Below, piece by piece: positions 38,325-47,001 of a stretch of DNA of 64,000 nucleotides (position 1 is the stretch's first letter; each line of letters opens with the position of its first letter). Under the pieces are notes generated by a model that had not been told where the DNA came from, made no database searches, and was given only the letters and a program-made list of their open reading frames with translations. Where the stretch lies: IMG/VR virus record IMGVR_UViG_3300008267_000033, positions 64,001 through 128,000 of that record; one strand, given 5' to 3'. Both the position numbers and the translations under genes were made by a program. Source of the DNA: a virus. Its lineage: Duplodnaviria; Heunggongvirae; Uroviricota; Caudoviricetes.

Positions 38325-39132
38325 TTTGCTCAGACTCACGACGACGCTGTTCCAAGAACTCTTGGTATTCTTGCAATCGTCGTTGACGTTCAAACCACTC
38401 TTGTTTTTGCACTGCTTCTAGTGTGTCTCTGTATCTGGTGTCAGTCACACCGCCCCAACGGCGTTGTGCATCATACGCAATGTACATGAACATGCCCATC
38501 ACCGCAAACATCACCACCACAGCGCCAATGCCCAGGGCAATTTCAAACTGATATTTCTGCATGCGTTGGCGTTTGCGGTGGGCTTTTTCAAGTTCATATG
38601 ACATGAGCACTTTTTGTTCTTTGCCCAGGTCCTTGGTCATGCTTTCCACTTCGGTGAACAGCGCACCCAGTTCAGGTGGGCTTTGGTAGATCATGAGTTC
38701 GCGCAGTTCCTTGCCCATGGCCTCCAGTTGCTTTTTCATCAGCACACGTTTCAGCGCACGTTTTGCTAGACTGTCACCACCTGAATACACTTCAGTTTTT
38801 GATCGTTTTTCTTCGTCTTCCAGCACTGCTAGACATTTGAAATAGTTGTCGTAGTAGGCGCCCAGGGCATCGCCAATCTCTGTGTAGATATTGGTGTTTT
38901 CCTCACTGCGTTTGTTTAGGTCTCGTACCCGGGTTTTTTCTTCGTTGAGTTGTTTGACCGCAGCATCAGGCACTGGCCGGCCATCGTACTTTTTGTGAAA
39001 CTGATCGTCAAGATCTCGAAGTACGCCTTTAACATCGCCCGCGGCACTTTTGATGTCCTTGTACAGTTGACATCCTTTTTTCACGGCTGCAACAGCCGTG
39101 TTGGCCAAGGCAAATAGTGTTAGTGGATCCAT
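38308..39132 (-). CDS. Coiled-coil membrane protein
   Basis: MDPLTLFALA..., one C-terminal TM; TAAATA at 39168-39173. Confidence 0.65.
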   Translation of the reverse strand: MDPLTLFALANTAVAAVKKGCQLYKDIKSAAGDVKGVLRDLDDQFHKKYDGRPVPDAAVKQLNEEKTRVRDLNKRSEENTNIYTEIGDALGAYYDNYFKCLAVLEDEEKRSKTEVYSGGDSLAKRALKRVLMKKQLEAMGKELRELMIYQSPPELGALFTEVESMTKDLGKEQKVLMSYELEKAHRKRQRMQKYQFEIALGIGAVVVMFAVMGMFMYIAYDAQRRWGGVTDTRYRDTLEAVQKQEWFERQRRLQEYQEFLEQRRRESEQNESSR

Positions 39133-39202
39133 TGTTATTGCTCATGCCACTACGCTGGTGGCTTGAGTATTTAACAGATCCTTGTGCGAGATCTAGTGGG
39201 TG

Positions 39203-39742
39203 TTACACAAACGGTATCCACAGCCAAATACCTTGGCTCAACAGCACTGTGCCAATCACAGCCACCACTTCGCTGATGCGATACATGGTGTTGTTCACAC
39301 TCAAAATGCTGGCACTCAACAGCACAATAGCCAGTTGAAATGCCAGGGACGCAAAGGTCAACCATGGTGTGTGGCGTGTGGCTTCATCACGTGCGGCTTC
39401 GTGGGCCTGTGCCTTTTGCAATAGTTCACGCTTGCCTTCCGCCTTCACAGGGTCTGATTCGTAACGTGCAATCTTGGCCTCCAGTAGTGCTCTGCGCTGG
39501 GGATCACGTGTTTCTTCCAGTTGTCCTTCAGCAATGCTTTGTTTGATGCTTTTGCTTTGATAGAACGCATAGGTGTCTGTGGCTTTGAGCATGTTCTTTA
39601 GCACAGCACCTGAGTAGTTGTTTGAAAAGTATGTGGTCACGGCCATGAACAGGGCCATGATCACAATCACAAGTCCGGCTTTGTCTTTGATTGCTGCTTC
39701 ACGTTCTGAACGTGATAAGGGTTTTGTTTCTGCTTCTGCCAT
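39203..39742 (-). CDS. DUF4337-like membrane protein
   Basis: TM-coil-2TM topology, YAFYQSKSIK; start 39742 after GGAG. Confidence 0.65.
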   Translation of the reverse strand: MAEAETKPLSRSEREAAIKDKAGLVIVIMALFMAVTTYFSNNYSGAVLKNMLKATDTYAFYQSKSIKQSIAEGQLEETRDPQRRALLEAKIARYESDPVKAEGKRELLQKAQAHEAARDEATRHTPWLTFASLAFQLAIVLLSASILSVNNTMYRISEVVAVIGTVLLSQGIWLWIPFV

Positions 39743-39743
39743 G

Positions 39744-40358
39744 TCATGCTCCCATAATGTGTAAGGCGTGTTCGTAATGCTTGATACGATCTTCAAGACC
39801 AATGTAACCACCATTGATCTTTTTAGTCATCTTCTTGATGTCGCCGGCATCTGCTTCCACATTCAAGTTGTTGCTTTCCCAGAACCAGCAGGCTGATTGT
39901 GCGGCACCTTCAAATGTACCTAGGTATTCTGCGGCTTCTTCAGCGGAGATTTCCAAGCTGGCAGCAAAGTTTTCATAGTTGCTCTTGCCGGTGAGTTGAA
40001 TCAGTCCACGACCGCAGTAGCGATATCCGTCACCTGAGTGTTCGTCACCATTGCCCATGCGACTTGCATACACTCGGTTGGCAATCATTGCAGGCTTCTT
40101 GGCATAGGCCTGTGCTAGTTCTGCTGTGGGGAAATATTTGCCAAAAATCTTTTGTAGGCTTTCTGCCTTGTAATTAAGATTTTCTTTGATAAATCTAAAA
40201 TTTCCTGACTCATGTGCGCACTGTGCAATAAAAGCAGCAATGCGACGAGGTGTGTTGATCTCATAATCTGGCAGTAACTGGTCCAAGGCTTCCAACCAGT
40301 GTTCAGCATGGGGTATACCATGTACCATTTGTTTTAGTTGTCCGAGTGTTAGTTCCAT
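39744..40358 (-). CDS. Glycoside hydrolase family 19 endolysin
   Basis: FIAQCAHESG, YCGRGLIQLTGKSNY, TKKINGG. Confidence 0.9.
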   Translation of the reverse strand: MELTLGQLKQMVHGIPHAEHWLEALDQLLPDYEINTPRRIAAFIAQCAHESGNFRFIKENLNYKAESLQKIFGKYFPTAELAQAYAKKPAMIANRVYASRMGNGDEHSGDGYRYCGRGLIQLTGKSNYENFAASLEISAEEAAEYLGTFEGAAQSACWFWESNNLNVEADAGDIKKMTKKINGGYIGLEDRIKHYEHALHIMGA

Positions 40359-40367
40359 CTTGGCTCC

Positions 40368-40655
40368 TTATTTTATGTTGTTGAATATTTGTTGTTGTTT
40401 TTGATACCATTCAATCCAGGCATCTGTTTTGACAGCACACTCATAGTAGGTGCCGTAGTTCACAGTCACAGTCCTTGATATGTCACTTAGACGGGCATCA
40501 TCAGGAATTTTTTGCAGTTGTGGACAGGCCGTCATGGCCACGTTGCCCGGTGCTTCGGGGAACCGTGCTGTTACAGGTACTACTGTACTGCATCCAGTGG
40601 CAAGGAATGCCAGTATCACAAACACCACTAGAAAGAACAATTTAATCGAATGCAT
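40368..40655 (-). CDS. Outer-membrane lipoprotein o-spanin (Rz1-like)
   Basis: Lipoprotein signal ending LATG-C; extra Cys; next to the endolysin; TGATG overlap with the upstream gene. Confidence 0.7.
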   Translation of the reverse strand: MHSIKLFFLVVFVILAFLATGCSTVVPVTARFPEAPGNVAMTACPQLQKIPDDARLSDISRTVTVNYGTYYECAVKTDAWIEWYQKQQQIFNNIK

Positions 40656-41383
40656 CAGCAGTTCCAACGACGTCGTGCTTTGCATATGGCTTTGTCAGGA
40701 GTCTTGGCACAACTGATGCTGTGCATTTTCATTTGTCCACGACTGCGGCTGCAATAACTCTTTCTACGCTTGGATGCCTTGCCACCTTTTTTGAGTTTGC
40801 CAGGTTTGGTGGTTACAGCAGTTTTTAGTTTTGAGCCAGGATTTTCTCTGCGGTAAGCATTCACAGCCTTTTGACTCATGCCATCTGTCTTGTCACGTTT
40901 GTTGGCTTTTTGCCAGTCTTCCATCACACCTTGCTGACTGTACATATCCATCAGTTGTCGAATATAGAAATTATAAAAACCACGACGGCCGTTGTATTCT
41001 CTGTCTCCAAGCACAGTCTTTAGTGCGGCTACAGCATCATTTACTTCCGAACCACGCATTATTTTTAGTGCATCCGTCACAAGTGAATCAACTTGTTGTG
41101 TGTCTTCCGCCATGTCTTGTGATTCCATGATGGGCTCTGAAGTCACAGCAAAAGCATACAGTTCATCTTCGGTGAGTGTTTCCAAATCTTCCCAGATCAC
41201 TTCAGCATCCACACCGTTGTGTTGGGCCAGACGTTCAATGATGGATTCGATAAGATCAAACTCTTCCTCAAGTTCTACACTTTCGTTCTTGGGCTTCTTG
41301 CCAGCTTTTTTCATTGCAATGGCCGTTGCAGCCTGTTGTGGATGTGCCGACTTGGCTTCTGCTAAGATTTCATTAATTTTCAT
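40655..41383 (-). CDS. Putative internal head protein with two GVAE-type junctions and a basic C-terminal module (DUF6321-like)
   Basis: MKINEILAE leader; SQDMAED and QQGVMED; GMSQKAVNAYRRENPGSKL...RRKSYCSR...ARRRWNC. Confidence 0.65.
   Translation of the reverse strand: MKINEILAEAKSAHPQQAATAIAMKKAGKKPKNESVELEEEFDLIESIIERLAQHNGVDAEVIWEDLETLTEDELYAFAVTSEPIMESQDMAEDTQQVDSLVTDALKIMRGSEVNDAVAALKTVLGDREYNGRRGFYNFYIRQLMDMYSQQGVMEDWQKANKRDKTDGMSQKAVNAYRRENPGSKLKTAVTTKPGKLKKGGKASKRRKSYCSRSRGQMKMHSISCAKTPDKAICKARRRWNC
40918..41122 (-). repeat. GVAE junction motif, 2 copies (40918-40936, 41104-41122)
   Basis: CAGCAAGGTGTGATGGAAG and TCACAAGACATGGCGGAAG flank one 62-codon acidic module. Confidence 0.8.
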
Positions 41384-41838
41384 TTGGGTGCCTCTGCTGC
41401 ATCATTATGCGCTTTGATAAATTCTCTAGGAATTTCACACTGACCACCAGGCGCAAACTTTGTATCATATTGTACAATTTCCCGGTCAATGTATTTGGTG
41501 ATGGTTTCGCCACGTGTGCGTATGACCTGTGTCTTGGTCACAACCTTGGTGACAATCTTGACATTTTCTTCTTTGCTTTGTGCTTCAGCAGCCGCGACTC
41601 GCGCTTCTACTGCCGCCACACGCTCACGCCATTCTTGTTCAATTGCATAGCCGCCGCGCCAGTACACACCAAGAACCAACAGTGCCATGCCCAGGACCTG
41701 TGCGGGCGTCCGATATTGGTTAATGATGGGTATGCGCTTGATAAAGAACACTGTCACAGTCAGTGCGATACCTACCAACAGTACAATGTTGCAGATCCAA
41801 AGTATAAGTGCGTCAGGTAAGAAATGTAAAATCCACAT
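41380..41838 (-). CDS. Inner-membrane i-spanin (Rz-like)
   Basis: N-terminal TM segments, then coiled coil (WRERVAAVEARVAAAE) and C-terminal Cys; TAAATA 5 nt upstream. Confidence 0.65.
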   Translation of the reverse strand: MWILHFLPDALILWICNIVLLVGIALTVTVFFIKRIPIINQYRTPAQVLGMALLVLGVYWRGGYAIEQEWRERVAAVEARVAAAEAQSKEENVKIVTKVVTKTQVIRTRGETITKYIDREIVQYDTKFAPGGQCEIPREFIKAHNDAAEAPK

Positions 41839-41846
41839 ATTGATAT

Positions 41847-42875
41847 TTAGCGAAGTAGCAATAGGTCATGTGTGTTGGTAGGCAGTTTGTCTAAATGATG
41901 CACATTCAGATGCAGTCTATTTTTGTAAACTAACTCATGCAACAAATAAACCTCATCAAATATATCAAAATTCAACTCACTCCAGTCTTTGTCTTGTCCC
42001 TGCTGTATTGCCTGTATAATTTCTTTGTGTTCTTGATCCCTGTGCATTGTGGTCTGTAATTTAGACCATTGACCTAGTACATTGTGTGCCGGCGCTGTTG
42101 ATCCCACGGCCAAATGATCAAACATGTGTTGAATTGATTCCAAGGTATTGTCACGCAGTTGATCTAGAGATATAAATCTTATCTTGGGAAACTGTGCTGG
42201 TAACAGAGCCCAATGACTCACATAGTCCGAAAACTCATATCTAATAGACTGTGCCATTACGGTACGCAACTGTCCCAGGGAAAGATTTTGAGTTTGATCA
42301 CATTGAAATTTATTCATCAAGCGTTGGTACCAGGCTCGAGATTCATAATAACTCATTTGTATTTTGGCTCGTTCAATAGGATCCTCGGCAGTCAACCAAG
42401 CCTGGGACGAGATCATTATTTGGGCCTCTTCACTGCCCGGAGCAAAACTGTTGATTTTTTTGTCATACATACCAGGTGACCAAACAACTTTTTTGCAGTT
42501 GTTGTGCCACCACCAAATCTTACTAGTAACAGTTGGATATATTACACAGACCTGTACTGAATAATTTTGAAAATATTGCAGATGACCATGAGTCAAGTTG
42601 TAATAAAAATTTGACAGCCCTTTTTCATTGAACATTTTGCCGTTGTGGTCCAAGGGCCAGATACATGATACCACTGTGTCATACTGAGTACTCACAAAAT
42701 CACGGTAACATTGTGGTGTGACCAACAGTTTGTATTGATCTGACAGCACATAGCCGTGGCTGTTGCCATCGGTGTGAAACGGCAAATTTTGCTCTTGCAA
42801 CTCTGCAGGGGTGTTACACAACCACTGTAAAAAAGTGCCGTAGCAACCTGTGGGATAATATATTAGTTTATTCAA
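41847..42875 (-). CDS. Sulfotransferase-like/P-loop hypothetical protein
   Basis: YYPTGCYGTFL...DGNSH, similar to 3682..4572; AT-rich. Confidence 0.4.
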   Translation of the reverse strand: MNKLIYYPTGCYGTFLQWLCNTPAELQEQNLPFHTDGNSHGYVLSDQYKLLVTPQCYRDFVSTQYDTVVSCIWPLDHNGKMFNEKGLSNFYYNLTHGHLQYFQNYSVQVCVIYPTVTSKIWWWHNNCKKVVWSPGMYDKKINSFAPGSEEAQIMISSQAWLTAEDPIERAKIQMSYYESRAWYQRLMNKFQCDQTQNLSLGQLRTVMAQSIRYEFSDYVSHWALLPAQFPKIRFISLDQLRDNTLESIQHMFDHLAVGSTAPAHNVLGQWSKLQTTMHRDQEHKEIIQAIQQGQDKDWSELNFDIFDEVYLLHELVYKNRLHLNVHHLDKLPTNTHDLLLLR

Positions 42876-43405
42876 TTAAACAGCACCGCAATTTCTCTTG
42901 GAACCCATGGTTCTTTCATGCGCTCAGGATGCCACATTATGCCAGCTGTCAAGCCATGTATCCAGGCTTCCGTGTTGCCGTCTGGGTCGTGTGCCAAGCC
43001 AGTTGCCCCAGGAGGCAGTTGTTTTATGCGCAGGGTATGATAACTGTTGACTAGGTGCTGTTGATTGTTATAAGAGATTTCATGATAACTGCCCTGGTGA
43101 TCATCCACAGGCACAATTGAGCCGCCTAGTTTGGTTGTCAACAGTTGACAACCATGACAAATACCTATCACAGGAACATTACGAGCTGTCATGACGTCAA
43201 TCAATTCATGTTCAACTTGGTTGCGCACAGGATGGTCATCGCCGCCGGTGATGATCAACACATCTAGATCTGGGATTGATATTGGGAGTCTGTTTGGAAT
43301 AGAAACAAGCGTATGTCCTTGCAAAAACTCATACCATGAGTGCTCCAAGGAATCATACGCTCGATCTCGGTGAAACAGGACTCGTTGGGTGAGTCCTATT
43401 CGCAT
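42872..43405 (-). CDS. Class I glutamine amidotransferase (peptidase C26/PuuD-like)
   Basis: LIITGGDD, GICHG nucleophile, VNSYH, WHPE; TAATG-coupled. Confidence 0.85.
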   Translation of the reverse strand: MRIGLTQRVLFHRDRAYDSLEHSWYEFLQGHTLVSIPNRLPISIPDLDVLIITGGDDHPVRNQVEHELIDVMTARNVPVIGICHGCQLLTTKLGGSIVPVDDHQGSYHEISYNNQQHLVNSYHTLRIKQLPPGATGLAHDPDGNTEAWIHGLTAGIMWHPERMKEPWVPREIAVLFN

Positions 43406-44100
43406 TACCAACCGTAGGCGTCAGCCACTAGTTGTCGGCCTGCCGCAGCAGCCACAGTGTTCTTGCATGAAATGTCATACAAGTCCCGACGCATCTTAAC
43501 CACCAAGGCTTCAACACGTTGTTGAGTGGCTTCGTCTTGAGCCAATTTTTCCAATTTCCAACCACCAATATTGGCATGGAAGCCTTCGTCCCGGGCAATC
43601 TTGGCATATGAAGTAGAAATAAACTCGTCTTCAATGCAGTCAGCCATTTGATTCCAAACAGCTTCGGCACGGCCTTCGGCCACCAACTGATATGCAGCCA
43701 GAGCAGCAGGATCAGTTTCTGCGCCGTACTTGGCCAACAAGCCAGCACCTTTGGCAGTGGGTTTGGCAGCCTCGGCAGCGATGGCAGCAGCTACGTCTAG
43801 CGGCTGACCAGTCATGTGCTCAATGACTTCTTTGACCATGCGGAAGTGGCGGGCTTCGTCTTGTGCTTGACGAGTCAACAGTTCAAGTTCTTCTGTTGGG
43901 GTGTCAGCAGGCATCTGAGCAATGGCTTGGCTGATTTCAACCATGTTCATGCGCTCGTTGACCATGCGGCCCACAAAGTGCTCTACTAATTCTTCTTGAG
44001 CAGGCTTGCTGTCAAAGTATTCTTTAACGTTGTGTTGACTGGCCTGGAACAATGCTTGATTGTCCTCAACTAGTTTTTTAACAAATTGTTTTGCATCCAT
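43405..44100 (-). CDS. Ferritin-like diiron-carboxylate protein
   Basis: NE...QDEARHF and AE...RDEGFH paired E/ExxH motifs in a four-helix pattern; GGAG RBS. Confidence 0.75.
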   Translation of the reverse strand: MDAKQFVKKLVEDNQALFQASQHNVKEYFDSKPAQEELVEHFVGRMVNERMNMVEISQAIAQMPADTPTEELELLTRQAQDEARHFRMVKEVIEHMTGQPLDVAAAIAAEAAKPTAKGAGLLAKYGAETDPAALAAYQLVAEGRAEAVWNQMADCIEDEFISTSYAKIARDEGFHANIGGWKLEKLAQDEATQQRVEALVVKMRRDLYDISCKNTVAAAAGRQLVADAYGW

Positions 44101-44139
44101 CGTATTCTCCTTAAGTGTATCGATACACGAATATTTATG

Positions 44140-45105
44140 TTATTCGTTGGGGTTGATTTGGTTTGCTAGGGGTAGGAATGTTCGTCGCAGTTCTTGGGCA
44201 TGCTGCCTCAAACCATCTGGATCTAGCTCTCTGCTGTCCACAAATACCAAGTTTTGATCCATCCACTCTTGATATTCAACTGTATTTATAGCTCTAGCAA
44301 ATAAATTAGCATAATAGTCCACTATTACTCGGTCTGTACGAGGGGGCAGCACAAGATTCCAGGCTGCAAATACATTGATTCCAGGGGCAATTTTTCTCAA
44401 CAGCGGGATGGTTGGCATTTGTGCAACTTTGCGATCTCCAGTGATACCAATAGCTCGGACTCGACCTGCTTCTATTAGCGGACGGGCTATGGCCAATGGC
44501 ATGATACCAAATTCTGTGCCACCTGCACTACTGGCCACACTTTGCAGGGCTTGTGCAGGGCCGTTGAATTGTATGTGTTTTATCAGGCTGCGATTGCCTG
44601 AAGTTTTCATCATCAAGTATTCAAGGGTGATTCGGTGTGCGCCCGATCCCACAGCAATAAACACAGGCTGCTGTGTGGTGCGTAGCAGCGTGGCAAACTC
44701 ATCTGGAGTGTTCACAGCACTAGTGGCAATGGCAACAAGCACTAGTGGACTTTTGCCTATTGTGAGCACATCTTCAAATGTGTTATACTCATAGCGTTTG
44801 ATGTCACGCTGCCAGATATCCTGCGTGACATACTGACTCATGTGATTGAGTGCAGCAATGGTATGCCCATCTGGCAGCACAGTCATAAGGTGATTCATGG
44901 CAATCACACTGTCTGCCCCTGCACGATTTTCCACAACAAACGTGATCTTTTTGTTTGTGCGGCTGATGATCTGTGACAGTTTTCTAAATGCTATTTCGTT
45001 GCCAGCACCAGGTGCGTTGCCTATCACAATTGTGACAGGGCGTGTGGGTTCCCAGGCAGCAGCCATGATAGGAACCAGTAATAAGAGTAGGAGTAGTCGT
45101 TTCAT
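44140..45105 (-). CDS. tctC: Bug/TctC family periplasmic binding protein
   Basis: Signal peptide; RPVTIVIGNAPGAG, VVENRAGA, PDGHT, GRVRAIG, PTIP, WNLVLPP.T. Confidence 0.82.
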   Translation of the reverse strand: MKRLLLLLLLVPIMAAAWEPTRPVTIVIGNAPGAGNEIAFRKLSQIISRTNKKITFVVENRAGADSVIAMNHLMTVLPDGHTIAALNHMSQYVTQDIWQRDIKRYEYNTFEDVLTIGKSPLVLVAIATSAVNTPDEFATLLRTTQQPVFIAVGSGAHRITLEYLMMKTSGNRSLIKHIQFNGPAQALQSVASSAGGTEFGIMPLAIARPLIEAGRVRAIGITGDRKVAQMPTIPLLRKIAPGINVFAAWNLVLPPRTDRVIVDYYANLFARAINTVEYQEWMDQNLVFVDSRELDPDGLRQHAQELRRTFLPLANQINPNE

Positions 45106-45335
45106 TTTAAAAAATATATGTACACCAGTGCTGGTATAATGATAAAGAACTGTGGCACGAAGTTCAACATCAGAGCTCGTTCATTCCACTTGTATCCCAC
45201 ATAGACCCAGCCACAGGCTCCGATCAGTTGTACAAAACTGTTCCAGGGCGTGATGCCAAACGTATGCAATACCATGGCACACAAGATTGTGACAGCACTG
45301 GCGTACTTGATATACCAAACATGATCTCGTTTCAT
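45102..45335 (-). CDS. Small membrane protein (DUF6552-like)
   Basis: 77 aa, three hydrophobic segments, GW.YVG.KW.ERA. Confidence 0.6.
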   Translation of the reverse strand: MKRDHVWYIKYASAVTILCAMVLHTFGITPWNSFVQLIGACGWVYVGYKWNERALMLNFVPQFFIIIPALVYIYFLK

Positions 45336-45907
45336 TTAAACACCGTTACTAAAATATCTGGAAAAGTTCGTGCAATCTCAACCTTATATCCAAATGTACT
45401 TTCAACCCACTCGGAAGTGAAGTGATGCCAAGTGGCATTTCTACTGTGTGCATATTCCAGTATGCACTGATTCTGTCGAGTGATTGCTGCCAACATACCT
45501 GTGCTGTCCTGGTAGGCATCGTAACAAGGGTACTTGATCTGAAACCCTCCGGCTTCGTGCCACCATGCGTAACTGGCCATGTCTGGACGATACACCAGCA
45601 TGATCCAGTCATTGGGAAATACTTGTGTGACCTTGGGCAACATATATGCCCAGTCATGGCTTTTGACCAATCGTGTGCCACCGGGCTCGGTCCATGCTGA
45701 GTCAATGTAATCAGCACTCAACAGACATTCCAGTTCCATGCCCGGACCAAAGTACGCACCTTGATGTCCTGTGTAACTGTGATGTGTGTATGTGCGAGCA
45801 GGTGTACGGTCTGTGGTATTAAATCCTGGAATAGACTCCAAGGTCTGTGCAATACCTGACCAACGTGAACCAGGCACGCCAGTTAGAAATATTCTGTTGG
45901 GAAGCAT
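45332..45907 (-). CDS. P-loop/sulfotransferase-like hypothetical protein
   Basis: IFLTGVPGSRWSG, LVKSH, IMLVYRP. Confidence 0.45.
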   Translation of the reverse strand: MLPNRIFLTGVPGSRWSGIAQTLESIPGFNTTDRTPARTYTHHSYTGHQGAYFGPGMELECLLSADYIDSAWTEPGGTRLVKSHDWAYMLPKVTQVFPNDWIMLVYRPDMASYAWWHEAGGFQIKYPCYDAYQDSTGMLAAITRQNQCILEYAHSRNATWHHFTSEWVESTFGYKVEIARTFPDILVTVFK

Positions 45908-45923
45908 TTGTATAATTAATTAT

Positions 45924-46439
45924 ATGGATCAACACACCCTGGACAAATATTTCAGCACACATTGGCACTCAAACATTGATCAATATGAGTATTCTGGATG
46001 GGCTTTGCTGCAAAAGATAAAATTAGGCGAATCAGTATTGGATGTAGGCTGTGGTCCCAATCCGTTCAAAGCACGTATTGCCAATTTGACCGGAATTGAT
46101 CCTGCGTTTGATTCGGCAGATGTCAAGTGTACCATCGAAGAGTTTGAGAGCAACATTCAATTCAATGTGGCGTTCTGTTTAGGCAGTATCAATTTTGGCA
46201 CCGAAGACACAATACTGCGGCAGATTGGTCATGTGGTTCAATTACTGACACCGCATGCTAGAATCTACTGGCGTTGCAATCCTGGGCGGCAGGATCATGG
46301 CAATGAGCATTGTCAAGCGATTGATTTTTTTAACTGGACTCCAGAACTGTTGCAAAAATATGCTGATCAGTTTGAATTTTGTGTTGCTGATCTACAGCAG
46401 GATTCCAACAACAGAATCTACTGCGAGTGGGTTAGATAA
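45924..46439 (+). CDS. Class I SAM-dependent methyltransferase
   Basis: VLDVGCG motif I, LTGIDP, FCLGSINF; start ATG 45924. Confidence 0.8.
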   Translation: MDQHTLDKYFSTHWHSNIDQYEYSGWALLQKIKLGESVLDVGCGPNPFKARIANLTGIDPAFDSADVKCTIEEFESNIQFNVAFCLGSINFGTEDTILRQIGHVVQLLTPHARIYWRCNPGRQDHGNEHCQAIDFFNWTPELLQKYADQFEFCVADLQQDSNNRIYCEWVR

Positions 46440-47001
46440 GGCCAGCAGCGGCCTGCAAGGCCCGCATGTCAGGTTTGGTCTCGTGAATTTGTTTTACAGG
46501 CAAACCAGCAGCAGTGCGCCACTCGTTCAATTCTGACTCATGTGTGCGACGATAGTCATCGGGTGTGAGAGGTACAGTGCTTGCAAACGCTTCTTCTGAC
46601 CAGGGTTGTGTTCGGCCATCATACTTCATGGTCCAGTCTTCACTCTCGTGTTCTGTTAGTGTGCCCAGGTCATCAATCAGTTCAGCCACGTACTGTGGTG
46701 CGGCACTGCGTCTGCGAATTTCAACATATACCAAAAAACGTGATGGTTTGATCTCGCCTGGTGAGCGGTCAGCATCCAACACAAAGTCATAGCCCTTTTC
46801 AAACCAGGCCACCAGGTCCTTGGCAGCCTGTTTGTCACGCACAAAGAAGCTGAGTACAATGATGTCTTCATCGTCGCCCATTTTGCCACTAAATTCGTCC
46901 ACATGAACAGTGGACTTCATCATGCCCTCTAGGTCACGGTACTGTAGCCCTTCAAGCAGCTGGGACGGGGGCAAGGTCTTGTTCGAGGTTTTGTTGTGCA
47001 T
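46432..47001 (-). CDS. Conserved phage hypothetical protein (start uncertain)
   Basis: VHVDEFSGKMG...EKGYDFVLDADRSPGE. Confidence 0.65.
   Translation of the reverse strand: MHNKTSNKTLPPSQLLEGLQYRDLEGMMKSTVHVDEFSGKMGDDEDIIVLSFFVRDKQAAKDLVAWFEKGYDFVLDADRSPGEIKPSRFLVYVEIRRRSAAPQYVAELIDDLGTLTEHESEDWTMKYDGRTQPWSEEAFASTVPLTPDDYRRTHESELNEWRTAAGLPVKQIHETKPDMRALQAAAGLI

Noticed and set aside
14748-41122. GVAE motif as CRISPR repeats or an E. coli Chi site
   Set aside because: Spacing is irregular (about 160-1300 nt), the copies are in frame within ORFs, no cas genes are present, and the core GTGGCGGA is not GCTGGTGG.
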